A stretch of DNA of 64,000 nucleotides, taken from assembly GCA_021613535.1 (NCBI GenBank), contig CP075495.1, positions 15,624,001 to 15,688,000 on the forward strand. Direction: 5' to 3'. The notes beneath the pieces were generated by a model that was not told the origin of the DNA, did no database searches, and saw only the letters and a program-made list of their open reading frames with translations. This DNA is from Adineta vaga (Eukaryota > Animalia > Rotifera). Below, piece by piece: positions 34,762-46,050 of this stretch. The stretch's first letter is position 1; each line of letters starts with the position of its first letter. A program made the translations under genes and the position numbers.

Positions 34762-36744
34762 ATGAAAATAAAATCTCAGATCTCAATTCTTTTTTATTTA
34801 ATAAATCTTAATTTAATATTATCAAAAGATATTGAAGATCTTTCAAAATTTAATTTAACAAATTTTGAAGATAATTCATTATTTACACGATGGCGACCCA
34901 TCTATCATATCTCATCTCCAAATTCTTGGATGAATGATCCATGTGCACCTTATTATAATCGAAAAACAAAAACTTATCATTTATATTATCAAGTTCAACC
35001 TCGTCATATTCAATGGGGAAATATTTCATGGGGTCATGTTAAATCCAAAGATATGATCTTTTGGGAAGATGTCATTTCATGGGAAAAGGAAAATTATGTT
35101 AGTCTTATTCCAGGTAAAGGAAATAATGAAAGTATTCAAGGTGTTTTTACTGGTTCTGCATTACCTATTTCACCAACTGGTGATGAAACAAATGGAATTG
35201 TTACAATTATTTATACAAGTGTCAAATATTTACCAGTTGGTTGGAATGTTCCTTATAAGAAAGGAAGTGAAACACAATCCTTAGCAATTTCATATGATGA
35301 TGGAATTACATTTGAACATTATGGAAATAATCCAATTATTATTTCTCCACCTGATGGATGGAATATAACTGGATGGAGAGATCCAAAATTTGAAAAATGG
35401 AAAGAAATGGATTTATTTCTCTATGGTTCAAATCAAAATAATTATTATATGACCATTTCATCAGGAATTCGTGGAATTGGTCCAAGATTATTACTTTATC
35501 AATCATCATCATCAAATAATTTAACACATTGGAAATATTTAGGTCCAATTTTATCTGTTCCTGGTAATTATACATTAAATAAAGAATGGTCAGGATCATT
35601 AGGATATAATTTTGAAGTATCAAATAGTTTTTCTCTTCGTGAAAAGATTGAAGATGGTGGAGATAATCAAACTATTCATATATTTACATCAATTGGAACA
35701 GAAGGTGGAAATACAAGTTTACATCAATCACCACAATGGTCAATTTGGATTGAAGGAATTTTAAGCAAAGAAAAGAATAATAATATAAAAATGGATATTA
35801 TTGCAAATGGTGTAACAGATTGGGGTGATGCATATGCTTTTAATTCATTTTATGATTCAATTTATGATCGAAGAATATTTTATGGATGGATTAAAGAAAA
35901 TCATGAAAATTATGGAGAAAGATCTTTTGGTTATAATGGTCAATTAACAATTCCACGAGAAGTTTTTGTTCAAGTTATTCCAAATATTATTAATATTAAT
36001 AATTCTTTATCTCAACAAGGTCCTTGGACAATAACATCAAATCCAAATGGAACGAATACATTTAAAACATTAGGTATTCGACCAATTAATGAAATTATTA
36101 AATTAAGAGAAAATTCTCAATTTATTCATCGAATTTCACAAAAATTCAATCGAAGAATTGATTATTTAAGTTTAAATATTTCTTCATTAAATTTTGAATT
36201 AAAAGTAAATATAAATATTTCATTAAATTCCACTGCAGGATTTATTTTTCGACGTTCATCAAATGGATTAGAATATACAACACTTTATTATGATCCATTC
36301 AATGAATATTTAATTCTTAATCGAACATATTCATCATTAATAAAACAATTTCAAAATCATACAATCTATGCAAAACATATTTTACTTACAAAACAACTTT
36401 CTTCTAATCTTTTTGAGAAAGAACTTTTATCTTTACAAATCTTTGTTGATAATTCTCTTATTGAAATTTATGCAAATAATCGAACAGTTATTTCTACACA
36501 TATTTATCCATCTTTATTAGATTCACTTCATTTGGGATATTTTGTTGGTGAAACAAATGGAGTCGTAGAATTTAGTGACATTTCAATATGGTCAAATTTA
36601 CAAAATATATTTCCATTAAGACCATTGAATACATCGATGGATTTAGTCGCTCTAACAAACAACATGACAATAATGTTATCAAATTTCTATTTTTTTACTT
36701 TATGTTTTTGTGTTATGTTTATTTTAGAAATGATTTACCCTTAA
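34762..36744 (+). CDS. GH32 beta-fructofuranosidase/inulinase, secreted, with a probable GPI-type C-terminal tail
   Basis: WMNDPC (nucleophile), WGH, FTGS, WRDP and NFEV (acid/base) motifs; C-terminal beta-sandwich (FVDNSLIEIYAN); signal peptide and hydrophobic C-terminus; intronless. Confidence 0.93.
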   Translation: MKIKSQISILFYLINLNLILSKDIEDLSKFNLTNFEDNSLFTRWRPIYHISSPNSWMNDPCAPYYNRKTKTYHLYYQVQPRHIQWGNISWGHVKSKDMIFWEDVISWEKENYVSLIPGKGNNESIQGVFTGSALPISPTGDETNGIVTIIYTSVKYLPVGWNVPYKKGSETQSLAISYDDGITFEHYGNNPIIISPPDGWNITGWRDPKFEKWKEMDLFLYGSNQNNYYMTISSGIRGIGPRLLLYQSSSSNNLTHWKYLGPILSVPGNYTLNKEWSGSLGYNFEVSNSFSLREKIEDGGDNQTIHIFTSIGTEGGNTSLHQSPQWSIWIEGILSKEKNNNIKMDIIANGVTDWGDAYAFNSFYDSIYDRRIFYGWIKENHENYGERSFGYNGQLTIPREVFVQVIPNIININNSLSQQGPWTITSNPNGTNTFKTLGIRPINEIIKLRENSQFIHRISQKFNRRIDYLSLNISSLNFELKVNINISLNSTAGFIFRRSSNGLEYTTLYYDPFNEYLILNRTYSSLIKQFQNHTIYAKHILLTKQLSSNLFEKELLSLQIFVDNSLIEIYANNRTVISTHIYPSLLDSLHLGYFVGETNGVVEFSDISIWSNLQNIFPLRPLNTSMDLVALTNNMTIMLSNFYFFTLCFCVMFILEMIYP

Positions 36745-37202
36745 ATACAGAATGAGAGCCCTTCACTACGCTTCTCCTTACAGCTCATCCTGAAGAAAAC
36801 TAAAAATGATGGTCGTAGTAATCGCTTAAGATAAAATCAGTCGTTCTTATTCTTACTCTCGTAAGACTGATCATGATTCTTTATAATAGTCACAAACATC
36901 TAAATCAACTGAACTTAGTAAAATTGCATTGTTTCACTTAAGATCAGTTGAATTGAGAGCTGTGAAACAATAGTGATTATCTGGTCGTATAAAACATTTA
37001 ATAGAAAGCACATCGTTTTTTTGCGAAGCAGAAAATATGAATAATGAAATTCTCTTGGTTATTTAAAAAAAAAGAGATAGTTAAAAACAAAATTGGATTG
37101 AACAAAACGTTATTACTAACAAATTATAGTTCTTTATCCTGAACATATTCATTTTCTAATGTCTATTATTCAACTAATGACACAGAATAATGGCTCCTCT
37201 CC

Positions 37203-37906
37203 TTAGAGATATTGAGAAAGTATGAATGATCCGAAACGAACATTAGCAGCGTTGAAACTGAGTACACCTAAACAGTCGGTCTGTTGATCTCCATTATGCG
37301 CAAATACTTTTAGATATTGTCCATGAACTTCGTGTGTATCAGAATGTTCAAACTCATTACGTGCAATAGAACTTGCAAAAACAAGAAAACTTGATAGTTC
37401 ATTTGAAGCACATGAACTGTATATCCAAATGTGATCATTATTACGAAACAATGTTCTGTTTCTCTCCGCTTTCTCGAACCATTTGCCAGAATAACAACAA
37501 TCACTTCCAATTTCTAATATATTCCGAATATTTCCATTTACTTGATGCCATAAATTTAATATATTTTCGAGGGTGATATAACCATCATTGAAACACCAAT
37601 CACCATGACCTGTTAATAAATTGCTGTGTAACTTCCAAAAATGTTATTTACGTGATCGAATAGATCTTTAATACAATTGAGAATATCCTGACGTGAAGAA
37701 CCAATTTCTCCTCCAGCATCAATCACACCTTGAATAATCGAGAAAAACATGATACAAGCGTAGTTTCTTTCCTCATTAATGTTTTCTTTTACCTAAAATT
37801 TCATATTTTCGAAATTTTCTACATCGTCGTATAAGTTGAATTTCTTCGCTTGTATACATATCGCGTCCACCATTAAATTCACTTCTGATTGCCATCGGTG
37901 GATCAT
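37203..37906 (-). pseudogene. Caspase-like (clan CD) protease gene, frameshifted
   Basis: Repairing a 1-nt deletion near 37614 gives AIYYTGHGDWCFNDGYITLENIL...LEIGSDCCYSGKW (His-Gly and Asp-x-Cys dyad motifs). A second frameshift lies near 37455 before IWIYSSC. Intron at about 37730-37791. Confidence 0.65.
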
Positions 37907-38665
37907 TTTTTGATTTTGCACTACCTGTTTACAGTTTACCGTTGGAACCAATGAGCAAAATATGATGCGGTTTTGTTATTGACATAAGTGGATAGCAATC
38001 AGAAAATTCTTGAGATTAGATCTAAACTTTTAGTCAGAATAAATGTTCGTGTACATCGATTTGTCCTTTTCACATAGTATAAGATCAGCGAGAAACTTGA
38101 TTTATTTATGATAACAATGACTTAGAATATAGTAAGAGTTATCAGCTCAAAAAGATTCTTGGAGGTGTGGGTAAGTGTTTGGATATGAATATCTGAGATC
38201 TGCATGGGTGATTAGTTGACTATTGTTTTCTCCCTTTACTTACACACACGCTCTCAAAATCTACTTATACACTTCTCTAATCTTCCGGTCAATGACGATT
38301 CTCTGTTAAGAAAAGTCGCGAATTTATATAAATATTTGACATGTTGACGTGCCGTGGCAATACTTTATCGCATCTTGGAAAGAATTTATACATGAATCAT
38401 TTAATCCTTAAATGAATAAAGCAATGAAAATTCCAAATAAAAAGAAACGTAAAAAAACAATGTTAAGAGCCATGAAAAGTTCGAACGTCTGAATATGTTT
38501 TAAATCTTTGAAGGTGAGATTAAAAGTAATACGTTTGCTTTCTCACACTCACACGGTGCATGTCTTACAAATAATTTTTAATGAAAAAGATCATTTCTAT
38601 TTAATAAAAGACAAACTATTACAACTGAAATCAAATATCAAAAGTAAATAAAAAAATGTATTTTG

Positions 38666-39583
38666 TTAATCTGTTTGAACTGGAATTGGATTTGATAAAT
38701 TATAAACTTTTGCTCCTTCAGAATAATCTTTGCCTGGAATACGTTCGACATCAGGTGGAAATTTGTTTCGTTTATCAGTATAATAAGCTTGTCGAAAATC
38801 TCCATCAGATTCTGTATTAAATGTAACATAATAAGCACGTCGTGAACGATTAGAATTATTTTTTCCTGATCGATGTGGTAATAAAGAACCAAAGAATAAA
38901 ATCGAACCCGATTCAAGTTCAATTGCTTCCCATTTCTTTTCTTTTTCCCATTTTTCAACTAATGATGTTTCTAATTCTCCACCTGGATGTGGTAACATTC
39001 CAGATTTATGTTCACCACGAACAATTTCAAGACAACCATTTTCTTTATCACATTTATCAGCAGCAATTAAAGCAGTAACATGAAGACGTTGATTAAATGT
39101 TGTATAAGCAGGTGCATCTTGATGTGCATTAAATCCTGCACCACCAGCTAGTTTAAAATTGACTTTTTCTTTAAATAAAACAGCTCGTTCTCCTAATAAT
39201 TCAGAAATAGCATCTGTAATTTTACCACGAATCAGCTGATCAAGTTCAGGAAAGTATTCTAAGAAATTTTCTGTTCGACATAATAAACGTTTACCTCCAG
39301 TTATTTCATAATATTGCATCCATTTACCAGCAGTTTCAGGTAATGCTAAGATTTTATCAGCATATTCAATAATTTGTTTCTTTTCAATTGATGATAATAA
39401 ATCTTTTGTAATAAGAAAACCATCTTCATCAAATTGTTTTTTAGATTTTTCATCAAAAATTCGAGGTTTTCCTGTTATTGATGACAGACTATTCACTGAT
39501 TGTTCTTCTTCATTAATTCTTTTTTGTTTTTGATCATTTCCATTTTTATTAATAATCGTATTATCAATGTCATTAATCGTCAT
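38666..39583 (-). CDS. Fe(II)/2-oxoglutarate dioxygenase, PhyH family (PhnY-like)
   Basis: FDEDGFL, FKEKVNFKLAGGAGFNAHQD (HxD), ENGCL and FGSLLPHRSGKNNSNRSRR (distal His, Arg); intronless. Confidence 0.88.
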   Translation of the reverse strand: MTINDIDNTIINKNGNDQKQKRINEEEQSVNSLSSITGKPRIFDEKSKKQFDEDGFLITKDLLSSIEKKQIIEYADKILALPETAGKWMQYYEITGGKRLLCRTENFLEYFPELDQLIRGKITDAISELLGERAVLFKEKVNFKLAGGAGFNAHQDAPAYTTFNQRLHVTALIAADKCDKENGCLEIVRGEHKSGMLPHPGGELETSLVEKWEKEKKWEAIELESGSILFFGSLLPHRSGKNNSNRSRRAYYVTFNTESDGDFRQAYYTDKRNKFPPDVERIPGKDYSEGAKVYNLSNPIPVQTD

Positions 39584-40235
39584 CTTGAAGAATTATTTCT
39601 TTGATCTTTTATTGTTAATTATAAAATAATACCTGAAGTCTCTCTCGAAATTATAGGCGGGTTGAATGTATCTAAAAGCAAGGATAAACAAATGTTATAA
39701 TGATTGAAGGTAGAATAAACGAGTCATATATATTTATTCATAGAATGAAAGCAATCAAGGAGAACAATAGAAGGAAATGAAGCGAATATATTGAAAAGAA
39801 TGTGTATGAGAAGGACGGTCTAAAAGTACGGTATAGTATTGACATATAATATGAAGACACTCTTTTTATCTATAGTTGCGAATATCTATCTACGCCCATA
39901 TTATATTTATTGTATTGTTTTATTATTTTGATACAATAAACAATAGTTTGTGATTGTGAAAAAATTATCATTTTTTCATTCAAATCTTTTTATCATATGT
40001 TTAGTAGAAATATTTCTATTACTTCAATGATGATTATCTGTAAGAAGATTTTATAAAAGAATTTCTCATTATTAAAATTGATTGTTAAATGGCACTTAGA
40101 TTTGTCATATTTTGATAAAAGAGATTAATTCTTCAAAGTCAAAAAGATTTTCTGCAAGGTTAATCAATAAATAATTGTAGAAACAAGGTCTTTGAGCCCT
40201 GAAGATATTTATTCTATATTTTAAACTGTTGGATG

Positions 40236-40917
40236 CAGAGTGACCAGATGAAAAAGCTGAAAATCAGAAAAGTAAATTTTTGTTAGTGTTGTTATTCAAT
40301 GATATATTGAAATATTTTTCATTCATTTATGGTTTATTTGTACAATTTCGTATGAACAGAAAAGGTGACATTACAATGAATTTGTTGCTTAGCTAATATA
40401 AAATATAAAGAGAGAACTCTGGAAGTTCAACGTTTTCATAAAATGCAAAGATCCTTTGCAAAGCCAAACGACATGCATAATATCCTGGTAAAGAGACTGT
40501 ACCGAAGCAAAAAAAATTAAACAAAATATTAAGTCGATATACTTATTTATATTTTGTTATTGTTCGAATTTGCTCTGTCAAGTCTATTTGAGATAGAAAA
40601 CGTTTGTCAAATTATGTAAAGAGATAATTAACATTAAATTTCATTGGAAACTCAGAACCACCTATAGTTTTATATATATTCGATTACAATATTCTGACCA
40701 TATAAACGTCTTGTATTACTGAATATTGATATCACCTGAGAATGTGAGCAGGGAATACAAAATATATAACAGATGATTTCGTGTCTTTAATGAAATTGCA
40801 ACGTGAAAACAGCTAGTAACTGGGAGAAAACGGAGAAAAATGCTTCAATTGGAATCATTAAAAAGAGGTGTGAAAATCAGAAAGTTTTCCTACTTTCCAG
40901 AAGATCTGGCCACCCTG
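40236..40917. mobile_element. Non-autonomous hAT element
   Basis: TIRs CAGAGTGACCAGAT / ATCTGGCCACCCTG (12/14); 8-bp TSD gttggatg/gctggatg (7/8); subterminal tgaaaatcagaaa at both ends. Confidence 0.8.
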
Positions 40918-41225
40918 GCTGGATGTCGCCAAAAACTTTTCTCACCCAAATGAAGAATCTGGACGTTTTCCTACTGATCATTTATACTCATAGATCGTTA
41001 ATATATTTCAAAAATAATTGAAAGTTTCCTAAGAAAACATTTAATCTAAAAAAAAAGCAATCAATCTAAAAGCTATTTCATAGTTGCTTTGACATGATTG
41101 TTTTTCATTTTTGAGAAATGCTAATTTTTATAACGATTAATTCCATGTTCTCTCGAAGCAATTAGTCAGACTTTAAGGATTAATTCTAATCTAACCCTTT
41201 TTTTTTAATAAAAATAATAGAAATG

Positions 41226-42164
41226 TTATTCTCGTATTGTTTGTTGATTTCGTTGAATTGGAATAATAATATTATTATTTCGTATTCGTTTAATAAATTT
41301 TCTTAATTCTGGTATTTGAAAAAGACAAATCCATGGAAGAAATAAACATACTAAATAAATAAGATTTAGTCCATAATTTGATTGAAATTCTGATGCAAAT
41401 GTTGATGAAATAGTTAATTGAATAATTGCAATAAAAGTACTTGGTAACCATGATGAAAAATATAAACATGATATTGCAAATAATTGTAATGTCATTCGTC
41501 TTTGTTTTGACCAAGATAGATTGTGATGATGAAGATATTTTTGATAAATAACTCGAATAATAAGTAAAAGATTTGCTAAAACAATAATTAATATTGGCAT
41601 TCCACTATTAATTGCCCAATCAATTGTTCCTAATGTTTTATTATATAAAAGATAACAATTAGCTCCACCACAAATATGTAATGTATAATTCCATTGTGTT
41701 CCATCACATGGATAAAATACAATTAAAATTAAATATAAAATTATTGGATAAATTAAAGAAAAACTTAATGGAATAAAATGAAATAAATATCGTTTAAATT
41801 GAATTCGTAATAAATGATTATAAAAGATTAAAATATGTCTTTGAATTGATATTATACTCATTAAAAATCCATTTATACCTGAAAGTGTATATTCAAAGAA
41901 AGTCCACCAAGTACAATAAGCAGATGTTGATGGAATAATATAACCAAAATAATAGAAATGAATTGACATTGGTAAATCACATGTTACTTGAATAAAATTA
42001 ATTAATAATAATACAAATAAAGATTGATTTTGAATATGACGTAAAAGATTACGATGTGTTACGAAAAATATTATTATTGAAAAAGAAAGAATTATTGAAG
42101 GAATTTGTAATATTAATAAAACAAAAAATCTGATTTTATTAAGAAAGGATTGGTCATTTTCCAT
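41226..42164 (-). CDS. Class A-like orphan GPCR, intronless
   Basis: Seven hydrophobic segments with YCTWW, SIQRH and SWLP; same subfamily as 10739-11812. Confidence 0.88.
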   Translation of the reverse strand: MENDQSFLNKIRFFVLLILQIPSIILSFSIIIFFVTHRNLLRHIQNQSLFVLLLINFIQVTCDLPMSIHFYYFGYIIPSTSAYCTWWTFFEYTLSGINGFLMSIISIQRHILIFYNHLLRIQFKRYLFHFIPLSFSLIYPIILYLILIVFYPCDGTQWNYTLHICGGANCYLLYNKTLGTIDWAINSGMPILIIVLANLLLIIRVIYQKYLHHHNLSWSKQRRMTLQLFAISCLYFSSWLPSTFIAIIQLTISSTFASEFQSNYGLNLIYLVCLFLPWICLFQIPELRKFIKRIRNNNIIIPIQRNQQTIRE

Positions 42165-42453
42165 TTTATTTATATCTTTATTTTGGAAATTTACATTTAC
42201 AAAATATGTTTCTATATTTGTTACTTTTTGTTATATTAATGAGAAGATTTATAATAAAAATAATTTAGAATTGTAAATATAAAAGTCAAATATTTATTAA
42301 AATCTTAAGATGACAAATTACTGACATTTTATAATAATCTTTAAGAATTGTTGTAATAAGTGTATGTTCTTCTGTCGTATTTAGTTTATAATGTTGAACA
42401 ATACGACAAAAAAAACAGATTAAATAAGTTATGTTTATTATAAATATTAATTG

Positions 42454-44060
42454 TTAAATGAGAGTAAAACGAAGAATACGATTGTTGAACATGTCATTGA
42501 CATACATATATGTTTCATTAGAATTCAAAATAACTCTTGATGGTTGATTTAAAAGTGTTAAACTAGTACCACTAGAACCGGTAGTACCTGCTATTGTAAC
42601 TCCATATGTCGCTCCAAGACTCCAACGCTGTATGCGATGATTGTTATGATCAGCAATGTATATAAAACCTGTTTTTATTGAAACATATACACTATAAGGT
42701 GTATCGAATTGATTATTCCCTGTTCCTTGACCATTTCCACCAGCAACTGTAGTACCATTCATTGAGTCACCTAATCGAAATTGTTGAATTCGATGATTCA
42801 TTGTATCAGCAATATAAAGATATGAATTAAGTTCATCAAGATGAATACCAGTAGGAAAGTTAAGTCGTTGACTATTATTACCAGCTACACATATACCAGC
42901 TACATTCGTACCATTAGTAGCATTTGATGTCCATTTCATGATGCGATGATTAACACAATCAGTTACATAAATATTTCCCATTGAATCAACGGCTAATCCA
43001 GATGCGAGACTCAAAGTAGTAGGTGTACATCCAGTAACAGTAGTAGTTCCTGCTACGACAATACCATTGGATGCATTCTTTCGCCACAACATAACACGAA
43101 CATTATTTCCATCACTAATATATATATTAGATGATGCATCAACAAATAATTCTGATGGTTTATTCAGCTGATTGATACCACTACCTAATGAGCCCGTACC
43201 AGCAACAATAGTACCCATTAAAGATCCTTCTTGTAACTTGATCACTCTATGATTGTTCATATCACTAACATAAAATGATCCATTGCTATGCAGAAATAGT
43301 CCTGTTGGATTATTAAGACCATGAAGAGAATTTCCTGACGTACCATTGCCATACCCACCAATGAGATTACCGTTCTGTAAGGCTAAGGCTAAAAAAAACA
43401 GATTGATATATATGAAAACATTCTGTGAACATTTTTTTTATTTAGCTATTGAAATTCATCATTTCATAATTCTCACTGATAATAATAATACTTACGTCCG
43501 CATTGTTGACGTGGTAAACATATATAATTCAAATCCATACGACATTCTGTATTATTATTGCAACTATCTCCAAGTAATTTTTGACTTTGACAAATAAATC
43601 CATCAAAATATGTATGGACATCACATTCACATCTAGTATTCACACATTTCAAATATCGACTTCCTTGACACAATGAACATGAATAACCTCGATTAATGAA
43701 TTGTTCATAACGAAGTTTAATTGAACCAACACGCGATTGAAGAGATGAAGAAGCAATAATGGAACCCATAGTTATGATATTACCTTCGAAAAGACGACAT
43801 CGTTTAGATTCATTATCGAAATCAAATATGCGACAACGAGATATCGAATGACATATCCGAACACAACTAATCAATGATGTTGTATTCAATTCGACAAGAA
43901 TAAGAGCTTGATGATTGATGGGTAAGAACTCAAAGCCAATACTTGATAAATTTGTTGATGATTGCCAATCAAAAGGAATACTTTCAAGTGACGATGATAT
44001 TAATATGCAACTGAAAAGGATGAACATACGAATATGTAAACTAAATATAAATAAATGCAT
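42454..44060 (-). CDS. Secreted PAN/Apple + Cys-rich EB + NHL-repeat protein
   Basis: Signal peptide, CVRICHSISRCRIFDFD...CRLF (PAN) and a Cys-rich EB-like module. Phase-1 intron 43389-43495 splices in frame to NHL repeats (IYIADxxNHRIQRW). Confidence 0.85.
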
Positions 44061-45528
44061 TTCTAGAAGAAAAAAAAAGGAAATCAAAAACTAAAATAAA
44101 AAGATTTACTTCAGAATTTCAGTTAAATATAGAGAAACAAAACAGAAAATGCTTTTTGATCGTTACTGATAAGCAGTAAAAATGTCTAGTTCAATCTTTC
44201 CAATTTGTCATTCAAAGCTGTGGAACGTAGGATTTCTGATAAACTGTTTGATAAAATTTTGTTCATACGTAGATATTATCCTCTCAAGAAGGACAATATA
44301 GTTTGAGTATATTCCTGCGTGAATATCATCTTTAATGTATAGTCAAATAGAAAACCGTTTTGCGTTCAATATGAAAGATGCTCATCAATTCATTCTTTCT
44401 ACTTCTTCTTCAATGAAGATGTTTTGAACTAAGTGATATAAAGTAAAAAGAAATTAAGATTAAATATAAATGCAACTGAACGACCTTTCTTTTTTTCAAT
44501 GATAATAACAAGATAGATAAGATAAATTAGCACCAATATAGATATAGAACTTCTCATCACAAACTTCAGGTTTAGATTTTTATAAATAAAATTTCGGTTA
44601 TTTCTTCAAAAGAGAGAGAAATTCAAAGGACAAAAGGAGTGTCATACAATAAGAACGTCAAAAAACAGTATACAAACTAGTTATTTCGACTTTTTTTTTA
44701 TATTTGAATATATTTTCATATTTTCAATATATGAAATCAAACATTAAATTAAGAAAATAATGTACAAAGTATATAGTCCGATAGATCTAACGAATATTTT
44801 TGTCCTGCGTTTACTTCACGTGTTCTAGTCTTCTCATTCCTATAGAACTGAAAAGTTGTGTAGTTCAAAATGATAAATATTCTCTTCAATACTTTGAAGA
44901 TATATAACTAATGGATTTAAATTGCATTTTCTTTCTTTTTAATATTCTAATCGATATTTTATACATAAGTAGTAAAATAACAAACCATTATTATCATTCA
45001 ATATTTCAATACTTCAGTTGAAAGAAAATAATACATTTTAATAAGAGACTCTTTTTCAAATGTCCTCAACTTTGAATTATAATATTATAAGGTCATTGAG
45101 TTCTATTTTAATACGATGATCGTAGACAGAACATCTTTGTATTCTTATCATAGGAAAAATAGTAACGAATGTAAAACGTACTTAATTGACACTATGTTCG
45201 TTTCTCAATAGAAGACATATTAATTTAAGTTCTCTCTCTATTGAATCTTTATTAAAGATAATTAGAATAAATTTGTTTGTTGATTTCAATGCCATTTTGT
45301 TTCACTTTTAACAATGTGATAAAATAGTATACAATTCAAAATTCAACGTACCAATTATATTACTTAATGCATAATATCTTTGTAGTTTGCGGCAATTGAT
45401 CAATTGACGTTAATAACCATAAACTTGTTATAATTGTCAATCAACTTGATGGAGAACCAACAGTATCAAATCAATGATTAAATAATCTTTCTTTTCGATC
45501 TTGATATATATTCAATTAGATTTATATC

Positions 45529-45533
45529 GCCGG

Positions 45534-45590
<57 letters not shown>

Positions 45591-45601
45591 GGGTCACGGC
45601 A
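45529..45601 (+). tRNA. trnF: tRNA-Phe(GAA), copy 1
   Basis: 73-nt cloverleaf, anticodon loop CTGAAGA, TTCGATC T-loop, T-run terminator downstream. Confidence 0.97.
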
Positions 45602-46050
45602 TTCTCTTCTTTTTTTGTTTATGAAAAATCATTTTCCGTGTTATTGTCATTCTTTATGTTTATGAAATCAATTATATAAATAGATTTCGTATTTTCAAGG
45701 TAGGTGAAAATAGTCATGCAATATTTCGTCGAGCTTCAGAAAAAAAGAAAAGTGGATTGATTGATATTTAATATAAGAATTTAATTGTATAAAAATTTAT
45801 CGAAATTCATTAAAGTTTATGAAAATCTTTAATCATAAAATAAACTATTTTGATTGATCTAAACAATTGAGATTGTGATATTCTTTTGTGATAAAAGTGT
45901 ATTTATTCCACAAATAATACTCATTTATTTGAGACAATATATTGTTTTAAAGAAAAAAAGTGTTGTATCAAAATTGATCTCGATAAACTTTCAATCAACA
46001 TTTGTAAAACATCAGGATTCGAGTTATTCGAACTAAAAAGATTTCTTTTT

